A stretch of 64,000 nucleotides of DNA from an uncultured Aliiroseovarius sp. (GCF_947492455.1 NZ_CANLNB010000004.1:460489-524488); one strand, 5' to 3'. Counted from the first letter of the stretch, positions 17,274 through 27,864 are shown. Made by a program: numbers and translations. Notes: generated by a model from the sequence alone, not told the origin.

Positions 17274-20200
17274 TCAGGCCTTGGTCTGGGCCAGCATCAG
17301 AAGCTCGGCATTGCCGCCGGACGCCGTCGTGTCGACGCAGAGGTGGCGTTCGTGGGTCACCGTTTCCGCGGTTGGCGCACCGGTGATCAGAGGCAGGATT
17401 GTCCCCGGACGCTTGGCCAGCATGGTCACGATCTGGCGGGCGATGTCGTCCGCGCCCCAGTAGATCACGCCACCGATCCCTTCGATCGCCTCAAGTGTGT
17501 CCGGCGCCAAGTTGGGGGCCAAAACAGCGGTGCCGCCAAGCGCTTCAATCGCGCTTTTCTGCGCCTGAGCCGCTGCCGATCCCGGTCCCATGCACAGGAA
17601 CGGTTCGCGCGGATGGACCGAGAGCTGGTTGAGCTCTCCGGTCGGTCCGGGCAAGCGCGAGGACGAGAGAGTCACGTTGCTCTGCGCTTGGGCAATTAAA
17701 TTGGACAGCTTGTCTGCGTCGGGCGCAGGCGCGCCGTCATCCTCATGGCGCTCGGCCTGCGCAGGTTGGCAGAACCGATCCATATACATCGGGCCACCCG
17801 CCTTCGGGCCGGTGCCAGACAGGCCCTCGCCGCCAAAGGGTTGCGAGCCAACAATCGCGCCGATCTGGTTCCGGTTCACATAGGCGTTGCCCACGTGCAT
17901 CCGGTCACAGACATGCTGAACGCGGTCGTCGATGCGGGTGTGCAGCCCGAAGGTAAGGCCGTATCCAGTGGCGTTGATCGTGTCGATCACCTGATCCAGT
18001 TGGTCCGCTTTGAAGGTGGCGATATGCAGAACCGGGCCGAAGATCTCGCGCTTCATCTCTTCGATCCCGTTCACGCGGATCAGGGTCGGAGCGATGAAAT
18101 ACCCGCCTTCGGGCGCGGTCAGCTCGTGGGCGATGCGACCCTCGGCGCGGGCGGCGTCCACATAGGTCTTGATGCCTTGGAAGGCCTCGTCATCAATCAC
18201 CGGGCCAAGGTCCGTATGCAGATGCCACGGGTCATCCTGTTTCAACTCGTTCATCGCGCCGATCAGCATTTCGGTCATGGCGTCGGCCACGTCCTCTTGC
18301 ACGTAGAGGCAGCGCAGGGCCGAGCAGCGCTGGCCTGCCGATTGGAAGCTCGAGGCGACGATGTCGCGCACGGCTTGCTCGGGCAGGGCAGTACTGTCGA
18401 CGATCATCGCGTTCAGGCCGCCGGTTTCCGCGATCAGCGGAGCAGACGGCGCCATGTTCGCGGCCATAGCACGGCGGATGATCTGCGCGGTTTCGGTCGA
18501 GCCGGTGAAGGCCACGCCCCCAATCCGCGCGTCCGAGGTCAGGGCCGCGCCGACGGTCACGCCGTCGCCCGGCAGAAGCTGCAGGACGTCCGTGGGGACG
18601 CCCGCCTTATGTAGCAGTTTCACCGCCTCATGGGCGATCAACCCGGTCTGTTCGGCGGGTTTCGCCAACACACCATTGCCCACAGCCAGCGCGCCCGCGA
18701 TCTGGCCGGTAAAGATGGCCAGTGGGAAGTTCCACGGCGAGATGCAGGTGAACAGCCCTACCGGCGCACGGGAGTGATTGTCGACGCGGCTGGCGTAATA
18801 GCGCAGGAAATCAACGGCTTCACGCAGTTCCCCCATGCAATCCAGCCAGATTTTCCCCGCCTCGCGCGACAAAAGCGCGAAGAACAGGCCGAGGTTTTCT
18901 TCATACAGATCCGCCGCGCGGTTCAGGACCTTAGCGCGTTCAGACGGGCTGGCGTCCCACGGTTTGGCCGCGGTCAATGCGGTGTCCACATCCTTTGCGC
19001 TGGCCCATGTGATTTGGCCAATGGGCGTGTGGGTCGAGGGGTTCTTGACGGTGATCACCGGACCGCCCTTTGGCGTGCCCGCGATCAGCGGTGCAGCCGA
19101 GAAATCGGTGCCCGCGAACGCTCCGCGCGCGGCCTCGATCTGATCCAGATGCGGGTCATAGGTCAGGTCCAGACCCATCGAGTTCTTGCGTGCACCGAAA
19201 AGTTCCGGACCGGTCGGCACGTGCGGCGCTTCAATAGCGAGGGCATCAAACGGGCAGGCGGCGACCTCTTCCGGGGTGACGCTTTCGTCGACGATCTGGT
19301 TCACGAAGGAACTGTTCGCGCCGTTTTCCAGCAGGCGACGCACCAAATAGGCCAGCAGGTCGCGATGCGCACCGACTGGGGCGTAGATGCGGCAGCGGGT
19401 CTGGTTCGCATCCATGATGATCTGGTGCAGACGCTCGCCCATGCCGTGCAGGCGCTGGAATTCATAGGCCGCCGTGTCGATGCCCGAGGTTTGAGCTATG
19501 TCCAGAATGGCCGCCGCGGTGTGGGCGTTATGGGTGGCGAACTGCGGATAGATGCGGTCGGTCAGGCCAAGCAGTTTCTTGGCGTTGGCAATGTAGCTGA
19601 CGTCGGTGGCGACTTTGCGGGTGAATACCGGGAAGCCGTCCAGCCCCTCGACCTGCGCGCGCTTGATCTCGCTGTCCCAATAGGCGCCTTTCACAAGACG
19701 GACCATGATCTTGCGGTTCAGACGGGTGGCGGTTTCGTGCAGCCAGTCGATCACGGCTCCGGCCCGGTGGCCATAGGCCTGTACCACGACACCAAATCCA
19801 TCCCATCCGGCCAGCGCCGGGTCTTCCAGTACCTTCTCGATCACGTCCAGAGAAATCTGCAGGCGGTCGGCTTCCTCGGCGTCGATGTTGAAGCCCATGC
19901 CTGCCGACTTCGCCAGCTGTGCAAGGGCGGAGACGCGGGGGACCAGCACCTCCATCACACGCTTGTGCTGGGCACGTTCATAGCGTGCAAAAAGCGCGGA
20001 CAGTTTGACCGAGATACCGGGGTTAGACCGGATGTCGTCCGAGGTGCAGGCGCCCGCGATCTCGGAAATCGCCTTGGCATAGGCCATCTGATAGCGCCGT
20101 GCGTCGCTGTCTGTCAGGGCCGCTTCGCCCAGCATGTCGTAGGAATAGGTAAAGCCTTTTTCCTCCATCTTGGATCCGCGTTTCATCGCGGCCCCGATGG

Positions 20201-20717
20201 TTTCACCCAGCACGAATTGGCTGCCCATTTCCTTCATGGCGCGGCCAACGGCGGTCCGGATGACGGGCTCGCCCAGACGTTTCACGGCCCCCCGCAGGGC
20301 ACCGGCGATGCCCGGCTCGCGGTCTTCTAAAACCTTGCCGGTCAGCAAAAGCGCCCAGGTCGAGGCGTTCACCAATGACGACGACGAGCGCCCAAGGTGT
20401 TTGCCCCAATCGGACGGCGCGATCTTGTCTTCGATCAGCGCGTCGATGGTCTCGGCATCCGGCACGCGCAGCAGGGCTTCGGCCAGACACATCAGCGCGA
20501 TGCCTTCGTCGGTGGACAGCCCGTACTCGGCCAGAAAGACCTCCATCAACCCGGGATCCGAGCTTTCGCGGATGCCGCGCACCAGTTTCGCTCCGCTGGT
20601 CGCAATCCGCGCGCGATCCGCGTCAGACAGATTGGCCGCGTCCACAAGGCCGGCGATATGGCGCTCTTCATCCGTATAGGCGAGGTCATCAATCAATGTG
20701 CGCAGATCAGTGGTCAT
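17274..20717 (-). CDS. putA: Bifunctional proline dehydrogenase / L-glutamate-gamma-semialdehyde dehydrogenase
   Basis: About 1147 aa with proline dehydrogenase and aldehyde dehydrogenase domains (FTGSTETA, ETGGLNAMIVD, GQRCSA). Strong AAGGAG SD 6 nt before the ATG at 20717. Confidence 0.95.
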   Translation of the reverse strand: MTTDLRTLIDDLAYTDEERHIAGLVDAANLSDADRARIATSGAKLVRGIRESSDPGLMEVFLAEYGLSTDEGIALMCLAEALLRVPDAETIDALIEDKIAPSDWGKHLGRSSSSLVNASTWALLLTGKVLEDREPGIAGALRGAVKRLGEPVIRTAVGRAMKEMGSQFVLGETIGAAMKRGSKMEEKGFTYSYDMLGEAALTDSDARRYQMAYAKAISEIAGACTSDDIRSNPGISVKLSALFARYERAQHKRVMEVLVPRVSALAQLAKSAGMGFNIDAEEADRLQISLDVIEKVLEDPALAGWDGFGVVVQAYGHRAGAVIDWLHETATRLNRKIMVRLVKGAYWDSEIKRAQVEGLDGFPVFTRKVATDVSYIANAKKLLGLTDRIYPQFATHNAHTAAAILDIAQTSGIDTAAYEFQRLHGMGERLHQIIMDANQTRCRIYAPVGAHRDLLAYLVRRLLENGANSSFVNQIVDESVTPEEVAACPFDALAIEAPHVPTGPELFGARKNSMGLDLTYDPHLDQIEAARGAFAGTDFSAAPLIAGTPKGGPVITVKNPSTHTPIGQITWASAKDVDTALTAAKPWDASPSERAKVLNRAADLYEENLGLFFALLSREAGKIWLDCMGELREAVDFLRYYASRVDNHSRAPVGLFTCISPWNFPLAIFTGQIAGALAVGNGVLAKPAEQTGLIAHEAVKLLHKAGVPTDVLQLLPGDGVTVGAALTSDARIGGVAFTGSTETAQIIRRAMAANMAPSAPLIAETGGLNAMIVDSTALPEQAVRDIVASSFQSAGQRCSALRCLYVQEDVADAMTEMLIGAMNELKQDDPWHLHTDLGPVIDDEAFQGIKTYVDAARAEGRIAHELTAPEGGYFIAPTLIRVNGIEEMKREIFGPVLHIATFKADQLDQVIDTINATGYGLTFGLHTRIDDRVQHVCDRMHVGNAYVNRNQIGAIVGSQPFGGEGLSGTGPKAGGPMYMDRFCQPAQAERHEDDGAPAPDADKLSNLIAQAQSNVTLSSSRLPGPTGELNQLSVHPREPFLCMGPGSAAAQAQKSAIEALGGTAVLAPNLAPDTLEAIEGIGGVIYWGADDIARQIVTMLAKRPGTILPLITGAPTAETVTHERHLCVDTTASGGNAELLMLAQTKA

Positions 20718-20822
20718 GCGGATCTCCTTACTTGTCGTTGTGACTATCATATCCCAAAGTGACTAGCCAAAATGACTGAAATAGTGCTACAAGGTGATGT
20801 TTGAGTCTGAAAGGGTCGAAAA

Positions 20823-21296
20823 ATGCAGGACGAATGGAAAGCCGAGTTTGATCGCTTCGATCGTTTGATTCTGGATATTCTGTCGACGGACGGCCGGATC
20901 TCGATCACTGAATTGGCGGGGAAGATCGGGCTGTCAAAATCGCCCACCCAAGCGCGCTTGAAAAAGCTTGAGAAGACCGGCGTGATCACCGGATACCGCG
21001 CGCAGATCGACCCGATCCGAATGGGCCGCGATCACGTCGCCTTTGTCGAGGTGAAGCTCTCGGATACGCGCGAGGCTGCTTTGAAGGCGTTCAACGACGG
21101 GGTCGCCGCTATTCCCGAGGTCGAGGAATGCTATATGCTCGCCGCGCATTTTGATTATCTCTTGAAGGTGCGCACGCAAGATATGCGTGACTATCGCCGG
21201 GTTCTGGGGGAGAAGATCAGCTCTTTGCCGAATGTGGCGCAAAGCTCGACCCATGTGGCGATGCAAGCCGTGAAGGAAGATGGCACGTCAGTGTGA
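20823..21296 (+). CDS. putR: Lrp/AsnC-family regulator, PutR-like (divergent from putA)
   Basis: 157 aa with an HTH (DRLILDILSTDGRISITELAGKIGLSKSPTQARLKKLE). The divergent putA arrangement matches the alphaproteobacterial PutR/PutA pairing. Confidence 0.82.
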   Translation: MQDEWKAEFDRFDRLILDILSTDGRISITELAGKIGLSKSPTQARLKKLEKTGVITGYRAQIDPIRMGRDHVAFVEVKLSDTREAALKAFNDGVAAIPEVEECYMLAAHFDYLLKVRTQDMRDYRRVLGEKISSLPNVAQSSTHVAMQAVKEDGTSV

Positions 21297-21343
21297 TCCG
21301 CCGTTGCCCCTGCCTGACTTTAGGGATAGGCAAAGGGGGCTAT

Positions 21344-21430
21344 GCCCGCGTGGTGGAATGGTAGACACAGGAGACTTAAAATCTCTAGGCCGGATAGGCC
21401 GTGCCGGTTCGAGTCCGGCCGCGGGTACCA
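21344..21430 (+). tRNA. tRNA-Leu (anticodon UAA)
   Basis: Manual cloverleaf: acceptor GCCCGCG/CGCGGGT, anticodon stem GGAGA/TCTCT with loop CTTAAAA, long variable arm GGCC-GGATA-GGCC, T-arm GCCGG-TTCGAGT-CCGGC, encoded CCA. Confidence 0.9.
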
Positions 21431-21456
21431 AGCTTTTGACAAGCTTTAGAAACGCA

Positions 21457-21491
21457 AACGGCGCACCGAAATGGCGCGCCGTTTTCTTTTG
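21457..21491 (+). terminator. Terminator after tRNA-Leu
   Basis: AACGGCGC...GCGCCGTT stem followed by TTCTTTT. Confidence 0.65.
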
Positions 21492-21503
21492 TATGTCAGT
21501 GGC

Positions 21504-22493
21504 TTAATTCAGCGCAGCATCGGTGATGGCGCTGGTCCATGCGCCCTCAGGTGCTTTAGTGATCACTGGATCCGAGCCGCCGCCCAGCAGGGTGGCCACG
21601 GTGCGCTCATAAGCTGCGACGTCCAGCGAACCGTCCGACCCTGCGGTCAGCTTGCCGATTTCACCGATCATGCGGATCTGGTGGGTTTCGGTCTGGGCGC
21701 CGGTTTCGTCATAGTCCAGGATGATCTGGGCAGCAGCCTCGGCGTTTTCCTCGGCCCATTTCCAACCCTTCATCGAGGCGCGTACGAAACGCACCATCTT
21801 GTCGGAGAAGGCGGCGTCCGACAGGTTGTCTTCCAGCACATACAGACCGTCTTCCAGCGTCGCGACGCCTTGGTCTTCATACTTGAAGGTGACCAGCTCG
21901 TCCGGGCTGACGCCAGAGTCAATCACCTGCCAGTATTCGTTATAGGTCATGGTCGAAATACAGTCGGCTTGGCGCTGCAACAGGGCGTCCACGTTGAAGG
22001 CCTGCTTCAGCACTTCCACCCCGGTTTCGCTTTTGCCGTCGGTCGACAGACCCAGCTTGCCCATCCAGTTCATGAAGGGGAATTCGTTGCCGAAAAACCA
22101 GACGCCAAGGGTGCGGTTGGCCAGATCAGCGGGCGAAGAAATGCCCACGTCGCCCCAGCAGGTCAGCATCATGCCGGACGAGGCGAAGGGCTGGGCAATG
22201 TTCACCAGCGGAAGGCCTTTTTCACGTGCAGCCAAGGCGGCTGGCATCCATTCGACGACCACATCTGCGCTGCCGCCTGCAATCACCTGTGTGGGGGCGA
22301 TGTCTGGGCCGCCGGGCAGGATGGTGACGTTCAGGTCTTCATCAGCGTAATAGCCGTTTTCGAGCGCCACATAGTAGCCCGCGAACTGGCCCTGCGTGAC
22401 CCATTTCAGCTGAAGCGTGACGTCGTCTGCCGCGGATGCCGCGCTGGCGCTGACGGCAAGGGCAGCTGCGCCAATCAGTGATTTAAGTTTCAT
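21504..22493 (-). CDS. ABC transporter substrate-binding protein (NMT1/THI5-like, NitT/TauT class)
   Basis: Signal peptide MKLKSLIGAAALAVSASAASA, AAGGAGAG SD. Last gene of the pyrimidine-catabolism operon. Confidence 0.85.
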   Translation of the reverse strand: MKLKSLIGAAALAVSASAASAADDVTLQLKWVTQGQFAGYYVALENGYYADEDLNVTILPGGPDIAPTQVIAGGSADVVVEWMPAALAAREKGLPLVNIAQPFASSGMMLTCWGDVGISSPADLANRTLGVWFFGNEFPFMNWMGKLGLSTDGKSETGVEVLKQAFNVDALLQRQADCISTMTYNEYWQVIDSGVSPDELVTFKYEDQGVATLEDGLYVLEDNLSDAAFSDKMVRFVRASMKGWKWAEENAEAAAQIILDYDETGAQTETHQIRMIGEIGKLTAGSDGSLDVAAYERTVATLLGGGSDPVITKAPEGAWTSAITDAALN

Positions 22494-22545
22494 GTCTCTC
22501 TCCTTGTTGAATGCTTTTTTAGTTTGGTTTTGCGGGCTGATTTGC

Positions 22546-23391
22546 TCAGCCTCGTTGTGATGGGTGCCAGAAGGTCACCTTTTTCTCGATAAATGCGACG
22601 ATGCCGTAAAAGGCAGTGCCCGCAAGGGCGGCGACGACGATCTCGGCCCAGACCAGATCAATCGACAGGCTGCCGACACCAGTTGAAATTCGGAACCCCA
22701 TCCCACGGGTGGGTGATCCAAAGTATTCAGCCACAATTGCCCCGATCAGGGCAAGCGTCGCGGCCACTTTCAGCCCGTTGAAGATAAAGGGCATGGCGGC
22801 AGGGATGCGCAGTTTGAGCAGCGTTTTGACGTAGCCTGCGGCATAGGTCTTCATCAGGTCGCGCAGCATCGCGTCGGTCTCGCGCAGGCCTTGTACGGTG
22901 TTCACCAGCACCGGGAAGAACACCATCACGACGACCACGGCGGCTTTGGACTGCCAATCAAAGCCGAACCAGCTGACCAGAATGGGCGCCACGCCGACAA
23001 TGGGGAGGGCTGCCACGAAGTTCCCAATGGGCAGAAGCCCGCGTGTCAGGAAGGGTGAGCGGTCGATCAGGATCGCGACGACGAAGGCCGCGAGCACTCC
23101 GAAAATATAGCCGCGCAACGCGCCTTTCAGAACGGTCTGAACGAAGTCCTCCCACAGCATACCGGTCGAGTTGATGAACCGGTCTGCCACGGCCGAAGGT
23201 GCGGGCAGGATTGCAGGCGAGATGGCGAAGGAGTGCACGACAGCCTCCCACAGGACAACGATGGTTAGGCCGAACAGGATCGGCACGGTGTATTTCACCG
23301 CGGTCGTGTCGGACAGGCGCGAGCGGACGAGGGCGATGTTAGTGCCCCAAGCGAACACCCAGAAGACAAGGGCAAGGATCATCCAGCTCAT
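22546..23391 (-). CDS. ABC transporter permease
   Basis: 281 aa with multiple TM segments and a BPD-type permease profile. Overlaps the upstream permease by 4 nt. Confidence 0.85.
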   Translation of the reverse strand: MSWMILALVFWVFAWGTNIALVRSRLSDTTAVKYTVPILFGLTIVVLWEAVVHSFAISPAILPAPSAVADRFINSTGMLWEDFVQTVLKGALRGYIFGVLAAFVVAILIDRSPFLTRGLLPIGNFVAALPIVGVAPILVSWFGFDWQSKAAVVVVMVFFPVLVNTVQGLRETDAMLRDLMKTYAAGYVKTLLKLRIPAAMPFIFNGLKVAATLALIGAIVAEYFGSPTRGMGFRISTGVGSLSIDLVWAEIVVAALAGTAFYGIVAFIEKKVTFWHPSQRG

Positions 23392-24323
23392 GTGCGCATC
23401 CCCATTTTATTCAAGAGAACGTGCTGAATCCGGTCAATAAGCGTGACCAGAACGCCCGCCAGAATGGCCGCGGCAAACAGCGCCGCCCAGATCGCCAAGG
23501 GTGTGCCGAACTGATCCCCGATCAGGATCCGCGCGCCCAGCCCACTGATGGCCCCTGTCGGCAGTTCGCCCACGATGGCCCCCACAAGGGCCGCTGCGAT
23601 GCCGATCTTCAGAGAGGTGAACAGATAGGGCAGGGAGGCGGGCACGCGCAGTTTCAGGAACTGCTGCTGGCCCGAAGCCGAGTAGGTTTTCAGAAGGTCC
23701 AGCTGTTCAGCATTGGGGGCGCGCAGCCCTTTGATCATGCCGACCATGACCGGGAAGAAACACAGATAAGACGAAATAAGCGCCTTCGGAAAGCCGCGCC
23801 CCTCGATCCCGATTTGCGAGGATAGCACGATGATCATCGGTGCCAGCGCCACGATGGGTACCGCTTGCGAGATGATTGCCCACGGGACCAGAGACATCTC
23901 AAGCACGCGGGATTTTACCACCAAAACAGCCCCTAGGATGCCGACCGAAGTGCCCAGAAGGAAGCCCCAGAAGGTCGATTGCAGCGTGACCCAGCCGTGA
24001 TAAATCAGCGACCGTTTTGACCATGTGCGGCCCTTCAGGACCATCGCGCCCGTGGTCTTCCACAGTTCTTGGCCAACCTGTGTTGGGGTCGGCAGGCGCG
24101 GGCGGTCAAGATCATAGCCGCCTGCAATGTGGCTGCGGTTGTTCAGCAAAAGCGACAGGGTCGAAGCTTCGCGCCGTTCGACGGCCCCGGCGGGGACGAC
24201 GTCGCCACCAGCGCGCGCCGCCTGATCGAGCGTCACGCGGATGTTCATCGGTGCCACCGCCAGAAACCAGATCACCAGAATGCCGAACAGCACCGTCAGG
24301 ACAGGAAACAGCGTTCTAGTCAT
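23388..24323 (-). CDS. ABC transporter permease
   Basis: Start set to ATG 24323 (MTRTLFPVLTVLFGIL), which overlaps the ATPase stop. TM-rich. Confidence 0.82.
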   Translation of the reverse strand: MTRTLFPVLTVLFGILVIWFLAVAPMNIRVTLDQAARAGGDVVPAGAVERREASTLSLLLNNRSHIAGGYDLDRPRLPTPTQVGQELWKTTGAMVLKGRTWSKRSLIYHGWVTLQSTFWGFLLGTSVGILGAVLVVKSRVLEMSLVPWAIISQAVPIVALAPMIIVLSSQIGIEGRGFPKALISSYLCFFPVMVGMIKGLRAPNAEQLDLLKTYSASGQQQFLKLRVPASLPYLFTSLKIGIAAALVGAIVGELPTGAISGLGARILIGDQFGTPLAIWAALFAAAILAGVLVTLIDRIQHVLLNKMGMRT

Positions 24324-25098
24324 AGGAATGCCCCGCGCGCAGCCCCTCGCGGACCCGGTGGGCGACGTCCAGAAACTCTTGCGTGTCGCGAATATCCAGC
24401 GGACGTTCGGCGGGCAGGGGGCACTCAATCACGTCGGAAATCCGGCCCGGACGCGGGGACATGACGACGATCTTGGTCGACAGGTACACGGCCTCGGGGA
24501 TCGAGTGGGTGACGAAGCAGATCGTCTTCTGCGTCTTGGCCCAGAGCTTCAAAAGCTGCTCGTTCAGGTGATCGCGCACGATCTCGTCCAACGCGCCGAA
24601 GGGTTCATCCATCAGCAGAATGTCCGCGTCAAAGGCCAGCGCGCGGGCGATGGACGCCCGTTGCTGCATGCCACCGGATAACTGCCACGGGAACTTCTTC
24701 TCGAACCCGGCCAGATCGACCAGCTCAAGCACGCGCTTGATCCGCTCGTCTTGCTCGGCCTTCGGATAGCCCATGATTTCCAGCGGCAGGCGCACATTGC
24801 GCCCGATGGTGCGCCACGGGTACAGCCCCGCGTGCTGGAAGACATAGCCATAGGCGCGCGAACGGCGGGCCTCGTGCGGCGAGACTCCGTTTACTGTGAT
24901 GTCGCCCGCCGTTGGTGTCTCCAAATCCGCCATGCAGCGCAGGAAGGTGGTTTTGCCACAGCCCGAGGGGCCAATGAAGCTGACAAAATCACCCTTCTTG
25001 ATGTCCAGCGACACGTCCTTCAACGCATGCACCGGCCCGTCATTGGTCTGAAAGGTCAGAGAGAGATTCTCTGCCTTGATTGCCGTCTCTCGCGTCAC
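24316..25098 (-). CDS. ABC transporter ATP-binding protein
   Basis: Walker A GPSGCGKTT, signature LSGGMQQR, Walker B LLMDEPFGALD. GTG start 1 nt after the dihydropyrimidinase stop. Confidence 0.9.
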   Translation of the reverse strand: MTRETAIKAENLSLTFQTNDGPVHALKDVSLDIKKGDFVSFIGPSGCGKTTFLRCMADLETPTAGDITVNGVSPHEARRSRAYGYVFQHAGLYPWRTIGRNVRLPLEIMGYPKAEQDERIKRVLELVDLAGFEKKFPWQLSGGMQQRASIARALAFDADILLMDEPFGALDEIVRDHLNEQLLKLWAKTQKTICFVTHSIPEAVYLSTKIVVMSPRPGRISDVIECPLPAERPLDIRDTQEFLDVAHRVREGLRAGHSYD

Positions 25099-25099
25099 G

Positions 25100-26554
25100 T
25101 CAGACCCCCGTCGCCGGAATGCCGGTGCGCTGCACGGGTTGCGGCGCCGTCAGCTCTTTCCACTTCGACAGCGCGGTGTTGACCGTCGCGTTCGGCTCGC
25201 GGGCCACAAACTGTCCGTGGCCTTCCTGCGTACGGATCTCTCCGTCATGCACAGCCACCTGACCGCGTGTCAGGGTGAAGCGCGGCAGGCCTTTGACCTC
25301 GTGCCCTTCAAAGACGTTATAGTCGATGGCCGATTGCTGCGTGCCTGCGGTGATGGTCTTGGATTTCTCGGGATCCCAAACCACAAGGTCCGCATCGGCG
25401 CCGACCAAAACGGCCCCTTTGCGCGGATAGCAGTTCAGGATCTTCGCGATGTTGGTCGAGGTCACAGCGACGAACTCGTTCATCGTCAGACGGCCCGTGG
25501 CAACGCCATGGGTCCAGAGCATCGGCATCCGATCCTCAAGCCCGCCGGTCCCGTTCGGGATCTGGGTGAAATCACCCACGCCATAGCGTTTTTGCTCGGT
25601 CGTGAAGGCGCAGTGGTCGGTGGCCACGACGGACAGCGAGCCCGATTGCAGACCCGCCCACAGGCTGTCTTGGTGTTTCTGGTTGCGGAAGGGGGGCGAC
25701 ATGACGCGCCGCGCGGCGTGGTCCCAATCTTTGTTGAAATACTCGCTTTCATCCAGCGTCAGGTGCTGAATCAGCGGCTCGCCCCACACGCGCTTGCCCT
25801 GCATGCGGGCGCGGCGGATGGCTTCATGCGCTTCCTCGCAGGACACATGCACCACATAAAGCGGCGCGCCTGCCATGTCGGCGATCATGATCGCGCGGTT
25901 GGTGGCTTCGCCTTCGACCTGAGAGGGGCGGGAATAGGCGTGTGCCTCAGGGCCGGTATTGCCTTCGGCCAGCAGCTTGGCCGATAGCTCGGCAATCACG
26001 TCGCCGTTTTCGGCGTGGACCATCGGGGTGGCGCCAAGTTCGGCCAGACGCGTGAAGGACGAATAAAGCTCGTCATCATTCACCATCAGTGCGCCCTTAT
26101 AGGCCAGGAAGTGCTTGAACGTGTTGATGCCGCGCTCCTGCACGACGGTCTGCATGTCGTTGAACACCTGCTCGCCCCACCAGGTCACGGCCATGTGGAA
26201 CGAGTAATCACAGTTTGCGCGGGTCGATTTGTTGTCCCAGCGCTTCAGCGCGTCCAGCAGGCTTTCACCTTGGTTGGGCAGGCAGAAATCAACCACCATC
26301 GTAGTGCCGCCCGCCAGACCGGCGCGCGTACCGCTTTCGAAATCGTCCGACGAGTACGTGCCCATGAAAGGCATCTCGAGGTGCACATGCGGGTCGATCC
26401 CGCCGGGCATGACATAACAGCCCGTGGCGTCGAGGGTCTCGTCACCCTTCAGGTCCGGCCCGATCTCGATGATCTTGCCGTTCTCGATCAGGACGTCTGC
26501 TTTGTAGGTGAGGTCTGCTGTGACGACAGTGCCGCCTTTGATTACTTTGGTCAT
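25100..26554 (-). CDS. Dihydropyrimidinase / D-hydantoinase
   Basis: MTKVIKGGTVVTADL..., metal ligands GGIDPHVHL, cyclic amidohydrolase fold. The track N-terminal extension to 26737 is trimmed to ATG 26554. Confidence 0.9.
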   Translation of the reverse strand: MTKVIKGGTVVTADLTYKADVLIENGKIIEIGPDLKGDETLDATGCYVMPGGIDPHVHLEMPFMGTYSSDDFESGTRAGLAGGTTMVVDFCLPNQGESLLDALKRWDNKSTRANCDYSFHMAVTWWGEQVFNDMQTVVQERGINTFKHFLAYKGALMVNDDELYSSFTRLAELGATPMVHAENGDVIAELSAKLLAEGNTGPEAHAYSRPSQVEGEATNRAIMIADMAGAPLYVVHVSCEEAHEAIRRARMQGKRVWGEPLIQHLTLDESEYFNKDWDHAARRVMSPPFRNQKHQDSLWAGLQSGSLSVVATDHCAFTTEQKRYGVGDFTQIPNGTGGLEDRMPMLWTHGVATGRLTMNEFVAVTSTNIAKILNCYPRKGAVLVGADADLVVWDPEKSKTITAGTQQSAIDYNVFEGHEVKGLPRFTLTRGQVAVHDGEIRTQEGHGQFVAREPNATVNTALSKWKELTAPQPVQRTGIPATGV

Positions 26555-26616
26555 CCGACAACTCCCTGTTGCGCCCGGCTGTGTTTGTTTTTGTTCAGTC
26601 CGGGGGATGTGTTTGA

Positions 26617-27864
26617 TCAGTCTATGATTTGTGCGGTCTCCAACACGGCATGCAGCAGCACGTCGGTTCCGGCCGCGGCCCAATCTTTGGAGATCTCCTC
26701 GGCTTCGTTGTGGGACAGGCCGTCCACGCAGGGGCACATGATCATTGCGGTGGGTGCGACGTCGTTGATCCAGCAGGCGTCGTGGCCCGCGCCCGAGACG
26801 ATGTCCATGTGGCTATAGCCCAGCTCTTCCGCCGCATCGCGCACAGCTTTCACGCAGGTCTCGTCAAAGGCGGGCGGGTCGAATGTGCCGACCATTTCCC
26901 AGCTCATCTCAACTCCGATATCGGCGCAGAGCTTCGGTGCGCGTTCGTCAAACTCGGCGATCATTGCGTCGATCACCTCTTGCAGGTGCGAGCGGAAATC
27001 GACGGTGCAGACGACCTTGCCGGGGATGATATTGCGCGAGTTCGGATAGACGTCGATATGGCCAATCGCCCCCACCGCGTTGGGCTGGTGCTTCATGGCG
27101 ATCTCGTGGACCAGCTCGGTGATCAGCGCCAAGCCACGGCCCGCGTTGATGCGCATATGCATGGGGGTCGAGCCGGTGTGGCTTTCCTTGCCCGTGATGG
27201 TCACTTCCAGCCAGTTCAGGCCTTGGCCGTGGGTGACGACGCCGATGTCTTTGCCCTCGGCCTCCAGAATGGGGCCTTGTTCGATGTGCAGTTCGAACAT
27301 TGCGTGCATCTTACGCGCGCCGACCTCTTCGTCACCGATCCAGCCGATGCGCTTCAGTTCGTCTCCGAACTTCTTGCCCTCGGCATCTTCGCGATCGTAA
27401 GCCCAGTCTTGCGTGTGCTTGCCCGCAAATACGCCCGAAGCCAGCATGGCCGGTGCAAAGCGGGTGCCTTCTTCGTTGGTCCAGTTGGCGATGACAATCG
27501 GGTGCTTGGTTTTGACGTTCAGGTCATTCATCGTGCGGACGGCTTCCAGCCCGCCCAGCACGCCCAAAACGCCGTCATACTTGCCGCCGGTGGGCTGCGT
27601 ATCCAGATGCGAGCCCATATAGACGGGCAGGGCATTGGGGTCTTCGCCGGGGCGGGTGGCAAACATGTTGCCCATCGTATCCACGCCCATCGTCATTCCT
27701 GCCGCTTCGCACCACGTCTGGAACAGCGCGCGGCCTTCGGCGTCTTCGTCGGTCAATGTCTGGCGATTGTTGCCGCCTGCGATGCCGGGGCCGATCTTGG
27801 CCATCTCCATCAGACTGTCCCACAGCCGATCCGGATCGATGCGCAGGTTTTTCCTGTTGGTCAT
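26617..27864 (-). CDS. M20-family Zn amidohydrolase (N-carbamoyl-beta-alanine / carbamoyl-amino-acid amidohydrolase type)
   Basis: Allantoate-amidohydrolase/beta-ureidopropionase-type sequence (GSHLDTQPTGGKYDG, NEEGTRF). GGGAG SD 6 nt before ATG 27864. Confidence 0.8.
   Translation of the reverse strand: MTNRKNLRIDPDRLWDSLMEMAKIGPGIAGGNNRQTLTDEDAEGRALFQTWCEAAGMTMGVDTMGNMFATRPGEDPNALPVYMGSHLDTQPTGGKYDGVLGVLGGLEAVRTMNDLNVKTKHPIVIANWTNEEGTRFAPAMLASGVFAGKHTQDWAYDREDAEGKKFGDELKRIGWIGDEEVGARKMHAMFELHIEQGPILEAEGKDIGVVTHGQGLNWLEVTITGKESHTGSTPMHMRINAGRGLALITELVHEIAMKHQPNAVGAIGHIDVYPNSRNIIPGKVVCTVDFRSHLQEVIDAMIAEFDERAPKLCADIGVEMSWEMVGTFDPPAFDETCVKAVRDAAEELGYSHMDIVSGAGHDACWINDVAPTAMIMCPCVDGLSHNEAEEISKDWAAAGTDVLLHAVLETAQIID

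Noticed and set aside
21297-21503. tRNA-Leu as a possible genomic-island integration site
   Set aside because: There is no integrase, no direct repeat of the tRNA 3' end, and no compositional shift in the adjacent pyrimidine locus. The neighbours are ordinary catabolic genes.
25100-26737. 61-aa N-terminal extension of the dihydropyrimidinase ORF, and similar extensions on 13395-14423, 8699-9352, 23388-24428, 57529-58632 and 53042-53905
   Set aside because: The extensions are Arg/Pro-rich, overlap upstream genes or intergenic hairpins, and precede the conserved family N-termini. Internal ATGs with SD sequences fit better.
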